A DNA stretch of 33,069 nucleotides from Candidatus Eiseniibacteriota bacterium (GTDB lineage Bacteria; Eisenbacteria; RBG-16-71-46). Location of the stretch: assembly GCA_041483195.1 (NCBI GenBank), contig JBGPFC010000039.1:1-33069 (forward strand). Direction: 5' to 3'. Made by a program: the position numbers and the translations under genes. The notes beneath the pieces were generated by a model, which worked only from the letters and a program-made list of their open reading frames with translations, searched no databases and was not told where the DNA came from. How positions within the stretch are numbered: position 1 is the first letter of the stretch; every line of letters begins with the position of its first letter. This document shows, piece by piece, positions 18,619-27,853 of the stretch.

Positions 18619-20490
18619 CCGGCGGGGCGCGCAGCAGCCGCGCCGCCGCGTCATGCCGCGCGCCGCGCCGCGCCCGCCGCGATCGCCGCGGCGCCGCAGC
18701 CCGCCGCCGAGCGCGCGGCGCTCGCGCTCTGGCTCGGCCTCATCGCGCTCGCGCTCGCACGCGCCGCGCTCGCGTTCGTCCCGAACATGTGGGGCTGGGG
18801 GCTCAACCTCCATCGCTTCCTCGCCGCGCCGGTCGCGTGGCTGCCCTGGGCGATCGCCGCGCTCGCGCTCGCGCCTCGCCTCGCCCGCGCGATCCAGCCG
18901 ATCGCCGCGCGCGCGGGCGCCGCGATCGCGGGACGCGGCGCGCTCGCGCCGATCGCGTGCGCGATCGCCGCGGCGCTGCTGGTGTCGGCGATGCCGGATC
19001 AGGTGCGGTACGTCGGCGACTTCCTGATCCGGCAGGGCACGGTCGAGGAAGCGGTGAAGCCGGCGAACGTGTGGCCGCAGGCGCTGCCGCTCGACGTGTT
19101 CCTTCACTTCACGGTGCCGACGATCGCCGCGAACGGCGGGATCGTCGATGCGAACGGCGCCGCGCGGCTGATGGGCGCGCTCGAAGCCGCGGCGCTCGCC
19201 GCACTCGCGATCGCCTTCGCGCGAGCGCTCGCGCTCGAGGGCGGCGCCGCGCTCGCGGCCGCGTTCGTCGTGTTCTTCGGCGGAACGCTCGGCATGTTCA
19301 CGGGCTACAGCAAGGCGTTCTCGGAACTCGTGGTGCTGGTCGCCGCGGGCGGCGTGTTCGGCCTGCGCGCGATTCGCAACGGTCGCGGGCTGCTCGCGCT
19401 CGGGTTCGCGGTGGCGGTGGCGCTCACGCTCCATCGCTCCGCGCTCGGGCTCCTGCCGGCTGCGCTCTTTGCGTGGGCGGCGTGGCTCCGCGCGCACGGC
19501 GGCGCGGCCGCGTGGCGCAAACCCGGCCCGCTCGCCGCGGTCGCGCTGCCCGCGATCGCGCTGGCTGTGATGGCGCCGCGCATCCTCCACATCCTGCTCC
19601 ACGTGGATCCCGTCCACTTCGCGTCGCCCGAGGTCGCGGCGGCGGGCGGGCCGCTCCGGGCCGCGTTCGCGGGCACGCGCCCCGCCGACATGCTGAACCT
19701 GGTGCTCATGCTCTCGCCGATCGCGATCCTGATCCCCGCGCTGGCGCTCGCGCTGGGGCGCGGGCTGCCGCGCGCTCGCGAGGCGGTCTTCCTCGCGCTG
19801 CTGGCGCTGCCGTTCGTCGCGATGATGCCGGCGATTCATCCCGCGAACGGCATGTTCCGCGACTGGGACGACTTCGCGGCGACCGGCGAGGCGCTCGCGC
19901 TGCTCGCGGCGTGGCTCGTCGGCGAGTCGCTGCGCGCCGCGCCGCGCCGCGCGTGGATCGCGTCCGCGGTCGCGCTCGCGGTCGCCGCGCCGTCCGTTCA
20001 GTGGCTCGCGCATCACACCGACATCGCGCGCGGCATCGCGCGGGTCGAGGCGGCCATGCGCGAACCCCCGGCGCGCGCGGCGTCCGAGCGCGGCCGCGCG
20101 TGGGACTACCTCGGCACGCGCAGCTATCAGCTCGAGCGCTGGAGCGAGGCGGCGGACGATTTCAAGCGTGCGGCGGAGACGTCGCCCAGCCCGCGCATGC
20201 TCCAGCAGTGGGCGCTCGCCGCGACCATGGCGGGGCGATTGCGCGAGGCGCAGGACGCCTACCACCTGCAGCTCGCCAAGGAGCCGGGCAGCGCGAGCGG
20301 GTGGCTCGGGCTCGCGGCGGTGTCCTCCCGCATTCCGGATTTTCGGGAGTGCCGCAGGGCGCTGAACGAATTGCTGCGCATCGCGCCCGGCGATCCCGAG
20401 GCGACGCGTCAGCTGCAGGCGCTCGACGCCGAGGAGGCGCGGCGTGCGGCGGGCGGCACGGCGCCCGCGCGCGGCGCCCCCGGAAAATGA
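18571..20490 (+). CDS. Polytopic membrane protein with C-terminal TPRs (possible GT-C-fold glycosyltransferase), 639 aa
   Basis: About 12 hydrophobic segments with polar loops (YVGDFLIRQG, MFTGYSKAF, LHRS, FRDWDDFA), then TPR helices (RAWDYLGTRSYQLERWSEAADDFKRAAETSP). Confidence 0.75.
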   Translation: MSDPRPRTKSASRAPAPAGRAAAAPPRHAARRAAPAAIAAAPQPAAERAALALWLGLIALALARAALAFVPNMWGWGLNLHRFLAAPVAWLPWAIAALALAPRLARAIQPIAARAGAAIAGRGALAPIACAIAAALLVSAMPDQVRYVGDFLIRQGTVEEAVKPANVWPQALPLDVFLHFTVPTIAANGGIVDANGAARLMGALEAAALAALAIAFARALALEGGAALAAAFVVFFGGTLGMFTGYSKAFSELVVLVAAGGVFGLRAIRNGRGLLALGFAVAVALTLHRSALGLLPAALFAWAAWLRAHGGAAAWRKPGPLAAVALPAIALAVMAPRILHILLHVDPVHFASPEVAAAGGPLRAAFAGTRPADMLNLVLMLSPIAILIPALALALGRGLPRAREAVFLALLALPFVAMMPAIHPANGMFRDWDDFAATGEALALLAAWLVGESLRAAPRRAWIASAVALAVAAPSVQWLAHHTDIARGIARVEAAMREPPARAASERGRAWDYLGTRSYQLERWSEAADDFKRAAETSPSPRMLQQWALAATMAGRLREAQDAYHLQLAKEPGSASGWLGLAAVSSRIPDFRECRRALNELLRIAPGDPEATRQLQALDAEEARRAAGGTAPARGAPGK

Positions 20491-20523
20491 TCGAGGCGCC
20501 CGTTGAGATCGGGCGCCTCGATC
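20489..20523. terminator. Perfect 14-bp hairpin between convergent genes
   Basis: GATCGAGGCGCCCG (20489-20502), 7-nt loop, CGGGCGCCTCGATC (20510-20523). Confidence 0.65.
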
Positions 20524-20548
20524 GAAGCGGCGGGGTCGAGTCCCGCGA

Positions 20549-21031
20549 CTACTTCATGAAGTTCCAGCCGAACATGAGCTTCAGGTCCGGGATGTCGCCG
20601 GCGCCGAGTCGCAGCTCGGAGAAGAACTGGCTGCCGGTCTTGGTGGGAACCGCGGCGCCGACCAGGAAGTTGACGCCGGCTTGGGTATCGGAGCCGCCCC
20701 CGATGCGGTCATCGAATGAGAACCAGTTCACGCTGAGGCCGCCACCCGCGTAGGGCTTCCACGACGACCCCTGCACCGCGAAGTGGTACTGGAGGTCCGC
20801 GTTCAGCGCGATCAACGACATGTGATCGCCCAAGCCCACCTCGACGTTGGGGCTCAGAGAGAGATCGGGCGCGACCTCGCCGAGGCTCAGCTGCCCGCCG
20901 AACACGACCTGGTCGGGGTTGTTGCTGAGGCCGATGCGTGGCCCGAAGGTGTTCGCGATCCGGGTCGCGGCCAGGGCCGACACCGGAACGAGCGCGACGA
21001 GCGCGCACAGCACGAAGAGCTTCTTGATCAT
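20549..21031 (-). CDS. Small outer-membrane beta-barrel protein, 160 aa
   Basis: AGGAGG RBS; signal MIKKLFVLCALVALVPVSALA; FGPRIG, LNADLQYHF, WKPYAGGGL, GVNFLVG, KLMFGWNF. Confidence 0.85.
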   Translation of the reverse strand: MIKKLFVLCALVALVPVSALAATRIANTFGPRIGLSNNPDQVVFGGQLSLGEVAPDLSLSPNVEVGLGDHMSLIALNADLQYHFAVQGSSWKPYAGGGLSVNWFSFDDRIGGGSDTQAGVNFLVGAAVPTKTGSQFFSELRLGAGDIPDLKLMFGWNFMK

Positions 21032-21172
21032 GGAGGCCTCCTGACGACCTGGGGAGCGGAGGTGTGACGAGGGCGAGAGTAGGCGCGCGACCTCGCAAGC
21101 GCAATGCCGTCGATGTGCGCTATCCTGCCGGCGCCTCTTTCCCGCGCAATTGACGACGATCGGAGGACTTCG

Positions 21173-23074
21173 ATGACCGAGGGATGCTCTGGCAGAGCGC
21201 CGCGCGCCGCCCGTTCCGTGCAAATCGCACTCATCGCACTGTGCTCGCTCGCCGCGGTCGCGCGCGCCGAGATCACGCCAGAGGCCCGCGCCGCGCTCGA
21301 TCGCTACGTCGCGGCGAGCGGGGGCCGCGCGTCGCTCGATGCGATCCACACCACGCACATGAAGCTCACGATCACCGCGTTCGGGCTGACCGGGCGCACC
21401 GATTCGTGGCTCGAATCACCGGATCACCGCGGGAGCGAGGTCGCGCTCGGCCCCTTCAAGCTGCTCGACGGCTACGACGGCACGACCGGGTGGCGAACCG
21501 ATCCGAGCGGCAAGCTCATCGTGCTCGACGGCAAGGATCTCGAAGAGGCCAGTGGCAGCGCGTGGTTCGAGAACGATCGGTGGCTCGCGCCCGATCAGGG
21601 CGGCGGCAAGGTGACGCTCGCCGGCGTCGAGCGCGACTCGAACGGCACCTACACCGTGATCGAAGCCACGCCTCCCACGGGCCGCACGCGGCGCGTGTAC
21701 CTCGATCAGAAGACCTGGCTGATCGCGCGCACCACGTCGAAGAACGACCAGATGACGGTGACCACGGTCTCGTCAGACTGGCGCGAGGTCGCCGGACGAA
21801 AGATCCCGTTCCGCACGCTCCAGCGGGTCGCGGGGATGTCGGCGAACGACGTGACGCTCACCGTCGACTCGGTGTGGGTGAACGAGCCGATCCCGGCGTC
21901 GCGCTTCGCCCCGCCCGGCCAGCAGGCGAGCGCCGCGACCTATCTGAAGACGCCGGGCGTGGCGCACGTTCCGTTCGAGTACAGCGCGCGGCACGTGTGG
22001 ATCAAGGCCTCGGTCAACGGCGGGCCGCTCGCCGACTTCCTCTACGACACCGGCGCCAGCATCAGCGTGCTCGACAGCGCCTATGCCGCGCGCATCGGGC
22101 TCGTGAGCCAGGGACGCATCCAGGGCCAGGGCGCCGGCGCGACCGGGAGCGGCGCGTTCTCCGGGGTCAACACGCTGCGCGTGCAGAGCGCGGACGGCGA
22201 CGGGATCGAATTGAAGGACCTGAAGGTCGCGGTGCTCAACCTGAACAGCGTGCTCGCGCCCTTCTTCTGGCGCGAGGCCGCCGGCGTGGTCGGCTTCGAT
22301 TTCATCGGGCGCTTCGTGAACGAGATCGACTACGACCGCCGCGTGCTCACGTTCTACGATCCCGCGGCCTTCAAGTACGAGGGCAAGGGGACTTCCATTC
22401 CCATGACGCTCGCCGGCCACGCGCCGGCCGTGAAGTTCACGATCGACGGCACCTACAGCGGCGACTTCCGGCTCGACGTCGGCAGCGGCTCGACCGTGGA
22501 TCTCCACGGACCGTTCGTGAAGCGGTACCGGATCGATTCCCTGCTGACGCCCACGCTCGAGGTGATGGGCGGCGGCTTCGGCGGCACCTTCACGAGCAGG
22601 CTGGGGCGCATGAAGTCGATGGCGATCGGGCCGTATTCGTGGAAGGGCCCGCTGGTCGCGCTCTCGGGCGCGGAGAGCGGCGCGCTCGCGAGCGAGGACT
22701 ACGCTGGCAACGTCGGCAACCAGATCCTCGAGCGCTTCAAGCTCACGCTCGACTACGAGAAGCGCCTCTGCTACCTCGAGCCCGGCGCCCGGATCGCGAA
22801 GCCCGACGTGTTCTCGCGCAGCGGCCTCCAGCTCTCGAAGATCGACGGGGCGGTACGGGCCGCGCGCGTGATGCCGGGGTCGGCGGGAGAGAAGGCGGGG
22901 GTCCGCGACGGCGACGTCATCGTGAGCATCGCCGGCAAGCCGGCCGGCGCGTACACCGTCGACGAGGCCGACGCGCTGCTCGATCAGGGCGCGGCCGGGA
23001 GCAGGGTCAAGCTCGAGCTTAAGCGCGACGGGAAGAAGAAGAAGGCGACGGTGAAGCTGGCGGACGTGCTGTAA
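21173..23074 (+). CDS. Secreted tandem retropepsin-like aspartyl protease with N-terminal LolA-like beta domain and C-terminal PDZ, 633 aa
   Basis: GGAGG RBS; signal peptide; FLYDTGAS...GVVGFDF and FRLDVGSG...GNVGNQIL lobes; PDZ (VMPGSAGEKAGVRDGDVIVSIAG). Confidence 0.85.
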   Translation: MTEGCSGRAPRAARSVQIALIALCSLAAVARAEITPEARAALDRYVAASGGRASLDAIHTTHMKLTITAFGLTGRTDSWLESPDHRGSEVALGPFKLLDGYDGTTGWRTDPSGKLIVLDGKDLEEASGSAWFENDRWLAPDQGGGKVTLAGVERDSNGTYTVIEATPPTGRTRRVYLDQKTWLIARTTSKNDQMTVTTVSSDWREVAGRKIPFRTLQRVAGMSANDVTLTVDSVWVNEPIPASRFAPPGQQASAATYLKTPGVAHVPFEYSARHVWIKASVNGGPLADFLYDTGASISVLDSAYAARIGLVSQGRIQGQGAGATGSGAFSGVNTLRVQSADGDGIELKDLKVAVLNLNSVLAPFFWREAAGVVGFDFIGRFVNEIDYDRRVLTFYDPAAFKYEGKGTSIPMTLAGHAPAVKFTIDGTYSGDFRLDVGSGSTVDLHGPFVKRYRIDSLLTPTLEVMGGGFGGTFTSRLGRMKSMAIGPYSWKGPLVALSGAESGALASEDYAGNVGNQILERFKLTLDYEKRLCYLEPGARIAKPDVFSRSGLQLSKIDGAVRAARVMPGSAGEKAGVRDGDVIVSIAGKPAGAYTVDEADALLDQGAAGSRVKLELKRDGKKKKATVKLADVL

Positions 23075-23098
23075 CTCGCGACATCGTTCGAGACTCCA

Positions 23099-23136
23099 AC
23101 GAGCCGTCCGCGAAAACTCGGGCGGCTCGTCTTCAT
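23099..23136 (+). terminator. Probable intrinsic terminator
   Basis: ACGAGCCGTCCG / CGGGCGGCTCGT 12-bp stem with one G-U pair, followed by CTTCAT, about 25 nt after the stop codon. Confidence 0.6.
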
Positions 23137-23287
23137 GAGCCGGCGAGACCCGCGGACACGCCCCGGGCGCCCGCCGGGCGGGGCGGCGCGGCCCCAATAA
23201 TCATCGTTCTGAGAATCCACTATCTCTGATAGCTTGCCGGCCCGTAGCGATCGGATGGAGCATCGTTTCAGCCACTCAGGAGGACCC

Positions 23288-23653
23288 ATGCTCGAGCTCG
23301 ATCTTCCGCCAAACCCCACCGCCGGCCAGATCAAGACGAAGCGCGACGCGCTCGATCGCGAGATCGCGCGCCAGGTCATGACCCTCCTCATCGTGCGCCC
23401 GCGCGTGAACGAAGACTTGAGCGCTTTCGCGAAGCGGGCGGACGACCGGACCGTGGGGAAACCGAACCGCGAAGTGATCTGGATCAAGGACGCGCGAATC
23501 TTCAGCCAGGGGCAGGAGGCCCAGCTGTTCGACTCGCACGACGACGCCTGCGCGGTGGTGCTCGAGCGGCGCAAGGATCAGCCGGTCGAGTGGCTGCCCA
23601 GCGACGCATCGCGCGACGAAATCGAGCAGGCGTTCTCGAAGGGAGGCGTGTAG
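23288..23653 (+). CDS. Hypothetical cytoplasmic protein, 121 aa
   Basis: AGGAGG RBS before ATG 23288; normal amino-acid composition and GC3 bias; no recognised motif. Confidence 0.75.
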   Translation: MLELDLPPNPTAGQIKTKRDALDREIARQVMTLLIVRPRVNEDLSAFAKRADDRTVGKPNREVIWIKDARIFSQGQEAQLFDSHDDACAVVLERRKDQPVEWLPSDASRDEIEQAFSKGGV

Positions 23654-23655
23654 CT

Positions 23656-25704
23656 ATGAGCGCGCGCCCGCGTCATCCGTGGAACCTCGAGATCGCGGCG
23701 ATGCTGGCGATCGGCGCAGCTTTCCTGTCACCGGCCGCGGGGGCCGCTGCAACGAAGCCCGCCGCGGCCGTGACCTACCGGGAATGGGGCGCGGATGGTC
23801 CATACCTCGGCGCGCCGCGCACCCTCACCACGCGCGGCAACGCGAGATTCGGAATCGATCAGTACAGCCGGCTGAGGATCGAGATCGACCGCGACACGCT
23901 GCGCCGGGCGCTCATCGAGGCGATCGGGGACAGCCTCTCGAATCCGCGCGCGAAGACGCTGCTGGTGCGGATCGCCCACCTGCGGGATGCGACCCTGGGG
24001 CTCGCCGATGCCGCGCGTTCCGCCGAGCGCTCCGCGAAGCTGTTCAGCCAGGCGCCGAGCCCGGCCGAGGTCGAGCTGATGAGCGTCGCGGTGGGGGAGA
24101 GCGAGTCGCGCGTGAGCGCGATTCTCGGAGCGCTGCGCGAAGCGCGCCGTGCGCGGCTCGCGGAAGCGGGCCGGGACGCGGCCGGGATCCGGCGCGAGCT
24201 CAACCAGACCATGGACCCGATCTACGACATCGAGAGCCCGGCCTATCGCTTCGGCTACGACTGGGGCGTCATCGCGAGCCTGCTGCAGCAGGAGCTGTCG
24301 GCGGCCGCCGGCGATCTCGATTCGCTGAAGGGCACCGGGCTCGTCGTCGAGATCCAGGCCCACGCGGTGCGGCCCGACGGCGAGGAGTTCGCGCTCGCGT
24401 TGCCGGGATACAACTCCGAGAAGACCGGACCGCTGCGCCCCGTGCAGCGGCATCATTTCGAGGCCGCCCCCGAAGAGAAGGACCTGTTCGCGAAGTACGA
24501 GCAGATGGCGAAGGACGTCGGCGACGCGCGGTCGGCGGGCGACGCGCTGCTGCGTGCGCTGCGTGCCGAGCTGCCCGCCCTCGATGCGGACTTTCGCGCG
24601 CTGGCCGATACCGTGCGCGCCACCCTTCGCGGCAGCGAGCAGCAAGTCCGCGACCTCGCCGCGTGGGGAGATGCCGCTCGGCTCAAGAAGTGGTTCACCG
24701 ACCGGCGCGGCGACGCGGCCTCGGTTCCCGCCGTGACCGCGACGCTCGACTCGCTCGAGGGCATCGTTGGCGAGGCCGCCGCCGATCTGGCGGCGCTGCG
24801 TGCGATCGCCGACTTCGGGGCGAGCCTGGGCGCGAGCGCCCCGCCGGATGCGATCCCGCGGCTGGTCGACGCGCTCGCCAGGCTGCCGCTCGAATCCCTC
24901 GCCCGGGTGCTCGACCCCGCCGTCTGGAGACGGCGCGTGGAGCGCGCGAGCGCGGCGCTTCAACAGCTGCAGGCGGCGCCGCCGCAGCTCAAGGCGCGCA
25001 TTCGCGCGGCGGATGGACCGGTGGCCGCCTACGAATCCGCGCGCGCCTCGCTCGAGAAGCTGGCCGCCGTGATCGGGTCGGCGCCCGCCCGCCTGCGTCC
25101 GTGGCTGGCATCGCTCGGCTTCGTGCCGCAGGCCGAGGCCGCATCTTCGCTATCGCTGCCCGCCGGCCAGAAGCGGCTCGCGATCGACGCCGAGATCAAC
25201 ACCGAGTTCAATCTGCGCACGGTCCGCCAGTCGATTCACGGCGACGAGACGGTGCGTGTGGACTACGCGTTCTTCCAGGGCGACCGGCCGATCGCCGGCG
25301 CGTTCGATGACGAATTCCTGCTCGGCGACTACGGCTGGACGTCGCACGTGGTCGCGGGGCTCACGTTCACGCAGCAGATCCGCGCGGGCGCCGACCTGTG
25401 GAGGCCCACGGCGAACATGAGCTGGGTCGCGCACCACCGGAGCTGGCCGAAGCACGGCGAGCAGGGCCTGTATCGACGGCCGGGACCGCTCGACTTCGGC
25501 GTGGGCGTGAGCTCGATGTCGCTCGACTACGATGCCGCGCAGAGCACCGAGCTCGGCCTCGCCTCCGTCTTCACCTGGTTCGAGGATCGTGCGCAGGTCG
25601 GCGTCGGCTACGATCTCCAGGCCAGGCACGATCCCTATTTCTGGTTCTTCTCACTCCGGCTGATCCAGGGGCCGGGCGGGATCGGCGGGCCGCCGAAGAA
25701 ATGA
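23656..25704 (+). CDS. Hypothetical exported protein: helical/coiled-coil body with C-terminal membrane beta-strand region, 682 aa
   Basis: GGAGG RBS, ATG 2 nt after the previous stop; signal-like N-terminus; C-terminal amphipathic strands (FGVGVSSMSLDY, ELGLASVFTWF, QVGVGYDL, YFWFFSLRL). Confidence 0.75.
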   Translation: MSARPRHPWNLEIAAMLAIGAAFLSPAAGAAATKPAAAVTYREWGADGPYLGAPRTLTTRGNARFGIDQYSRLRIEIDRDTLRRALIEAIGDSLSNPRAKTLLVRIAHLRDATLGLADAARSAERSAKLFSQAPSPAEVELMSVAVGESESRVSAILGALREARRARLAEAGRDAAGIRRELNQTMDPIYDIESPAYRFGYDWGVIASLLQQELSAAAGDLDSLKGTGLVVEIQAHAVRPDGEEFALALPGYNSEKTGPLRPVQRHHFEAAPEEKDLFAKYEQMAKDVGDARSAGDALLRALRAELPALDADFRALADTVRATLRGSEQQVRDLAAWGDAARLKKWFTDRRGDAASVPAVTATLDSLEGIVGEAAADLAALRAIADFGASLGASAPPDAIPRLVDALARLPLESLARVLDPAVWRRRVERASAALQQLQAAPPQLKARIRAADGPVAAYESARASLEKLAAVIGSAPARLRPWLASLGFVPQAEAASSLSLPAGQKRLAIDAEINTEFNLRTVRQSIHGDETVRVDYAFFQGDRPIAGAFDDEFLLGDYGWTSHVVAGLTFTQQIRAGADLWRPTANMSWVAHHRSWPKHGEQGLYRRPGPLDFGVGVSSMSLDYDAAQSTELGLASVFTWFEDRAQVGVGYDLQARHDPYFWFFSLRLIQGPGGIGGPPKK

Positions 25705-25721
25705 CGCGGCGGCCCGCCGCG

Positions 25722-27692
25722 CTACTTCTTCAGCGTCTTATCGAGAAACGCCGCGATCCTGCGGTACGCGTCGAACAGGTTCTCGCGGCGCGCGAAGCCG
25801 TGGCCCTCGTTCTCGTAGAGCAGGAACTCGCACCCGACGCCGCGCTTCGCGAGCGCGTCGTGCACCTGCTGGGACTCGCCGGGCGGGCAGCGCGGGTCGT
25901 GGCGCCCGGCGACCAGCATCAGCGGCGAGCGGATCCTGTCCACGGAGAAGATCGGCGAGCGGTCGCGCCACAGCGCGGCGTTCTTCTTCGGATCGCCCAT
26001 GGTCGCGAGGTCGCCCTGCCGCAGCAGCGGGTCCTCGTGCTCGACCTCGGTGAACCAGTTCACGAACGGGAACATCGCGACCCCGGCGGCCCACACCGCG
26101 GGCGCCTTCGTCACCGCCGCCATCGTGAGGTAGCCGCCGTACGAGCCGCCGCCCACCGCGATCTTCTTCGCGTCGACGTAACCGGTCGACTTCAGGAACT
26201 CCGCGCCGGCCACGACGTCGGCCAGGTCGCCGCCGCCCATGTCCATCTGGTTCGCGGCCATGAACGACTTGCCGTAGCCGGTCGAGCCGCGATAATTCGG
26301 CTGGAGCACGATGTAGCCCTGGTTCGCGAAGAACTGCGCGGTGCGATCGAACCCATTCACCGACTGCGCGGCGGGTCCGCCGTGCGGCCACACCAGCGCC
26401 GGGTTCGAAGCGTCACGCTTCAGATTCCACGGCACGTAGAGGTAGGCCGAGATGGTGAAGCCGTCGCGCGACGGGTAGTGCACCAGCGCCGGCTGCACCA
26501 TGTCGCGCGGGTCCACGCCGGCGACGAACGCCGAGGTGATGGCGCGCTCGCTCGGCCCGTCGAGGACGTACACGAAGAGATCGCCCGGCGAATCCGCGGC
26601 GCTGCGCCGGTAGAGGATGCGCGAGCCGTCGGGCGAATAGCAGCTGCGCCGCCCGGCGAGCGAGCAGAACCCGCCGCCGGTCGCGAGCGCCTCGCGCCGC
26701 CCGTTCGAGGGGTTGTACGCGAAGAGCCGGCCCTCGCCGTCCAGGTTGGCGCGATAGGTGAGCCAGCGGCCGTCGGGGCTGAAGTTGCCGGACTCCATCT
26801 CCCACTTCTCTTCGGTCACCCACTTCACGCTCGGCATCCCGGCCGGGACCGCGCGCGCGGGCGCGGGGGCTGGCTTGCCCGATGGCGTCTTCGGCAGCGG
26901 CCCGCGCAGCGAGAGCAGCGCGACGTTCTCGAAGCCGTTCTTCGCGTTGCTCGTGAGCAGTACCGATTCGCCGTCCGGCGAAACGTCGCTCGGGATCCAG
27001 CGCTGCTCGCCGGCGTGCGCGGTGAGGATGCGCTGCGCCCCGGTCGCGAGGTCGATCAGCACCGCGTCGGCGTCGCGCTCGTGCGCGTGAACGCGCGAGG
27101 TGAGCAGCGACTTGCCGCCCGGCACGAAGGCGACCGGCGAGAGCGAGTAGTCGGCCGGCGTCTGCTTCGTGAGCGGCCGCATCTTCTTCGCGGCCACGTC
27201 GTAGAGCGCGATCTCGTAGTTGGGCGCGTGCTCGAGCTTGATCGCCACCGCGATCCACTTCGAGTCCGGCGACCACAGCGGCTCTTCCTCGGCGATCGTG
27301 TCGGTCCGGGTCGCGTTGAACACCGCGCCGCCGTTCGGGCTCACCAGAAAGAGGTCCCACTGCTCGTCGGCCTCGTGATCGCTGGTGTACGCGATCCAGC
27401 GGCCGTCGGGCGACCACCCCGGGTTCGCCTGGCGCTCGTCGCTCACCGTGAGCTGGGTGGGCCAGCCGCCCCTGGCCGGCACGATCCAGAGATTGTTGCG
27501 GCCCGAGATGTTCGAGCCGAACACCACGCGCTCGCCATCGGGCGACCAGTCGGCGCCGCCGAAGGTGCGGGTCGCGAACAGCTGCTCGATGGTGTAGCGC
27601 GGCACGTCGGGGCGGATCCTGCTGTGGATCGAGTCGGCGGGCGCTGGCGTCGGAAGGGCGAGCATGGCGAGTGTCAATGCCGCGAGCGGCAT
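25722..27692 (-). CDS. S9 family peptidase (acylaminoacyl/dipeptidyl aminopeptidase) with PD40-type beta-propeller, 656 aa
   Basis: GGAGG RBS before ATG 27692; WSPDG repeats; HGGP, PNYRGSTGYG, GGSYGG (Ser), GRHDPRC (Asp), EGHGF (His). Confidence 0.92.
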   Translation of the reverse strand: MPLAALTLAMLALPTPAPADSIHSRIRPDVPRYTIEQLFATRTFGGADWSPDGERVVFGSNISGRNNLWIVPARGGWPTQLTVSDERQANPGWSPDGRWIAYTSDHEADEQWDLFLVSPNGGAVFNATRTDTIAEEEPLWSPDSKWIAVAIKLEHAPNYEIALYDVAAKKMRPLTKQTPADYSLSPVAFVPGGKSLLTSRVHAHERDADAVLIDLATGAQRILTAHAGEQRWIPSDVSPDGESVLLTSNAKNGFENVALLSLRGPLPKTPSGKPAPAPARAVPAGMPSVKWVTEEKWEMESGNFSPDGRWLTYRANLDGEGRLFAYNPSNGRREALATGGGFCSLAGRRSCYSPDGSRILYRRSAADSPGDLFVYVLDGPSERAITSAFVAGVDPRDMVQPALVHYPSRDGFTISAYLYVPWNLKRDASNPALVWPHGGPAAQSVNGFDRTAQFFANQGYIVLQPNYRGSTGYGKSFMAANQMDMGGGDLADVVAGAEFLKSTGYVDAKKIAVGGGSYGGYLTMAAVTKAPAVWAAGVAMFPFVNWFTEVEHEDPLLRQGDLATMGDPKKNAALWRDRSPIFSVDRIRSPLMLVAGRHDPRCPPGESQQVHDALAKRGVGCEFLLYENEGHGFARRENLFDAYRRIAAFLDKTLKK

Positions 27693-27853
27693 GGGACCTC
27701 CGTTGGGGTGGCGTCGCGAACGGAAGACTTCTAGCACGCGCGATGAGCGCGCGCCACGGCGACTTGAGGTAGATTGCGCGCACGCCCGATGCCGTGCACC
27801 GGCGCCGGGCCACCGTCGAATCGAGACCGGACACTGGAACGGAGGGAGCATCC

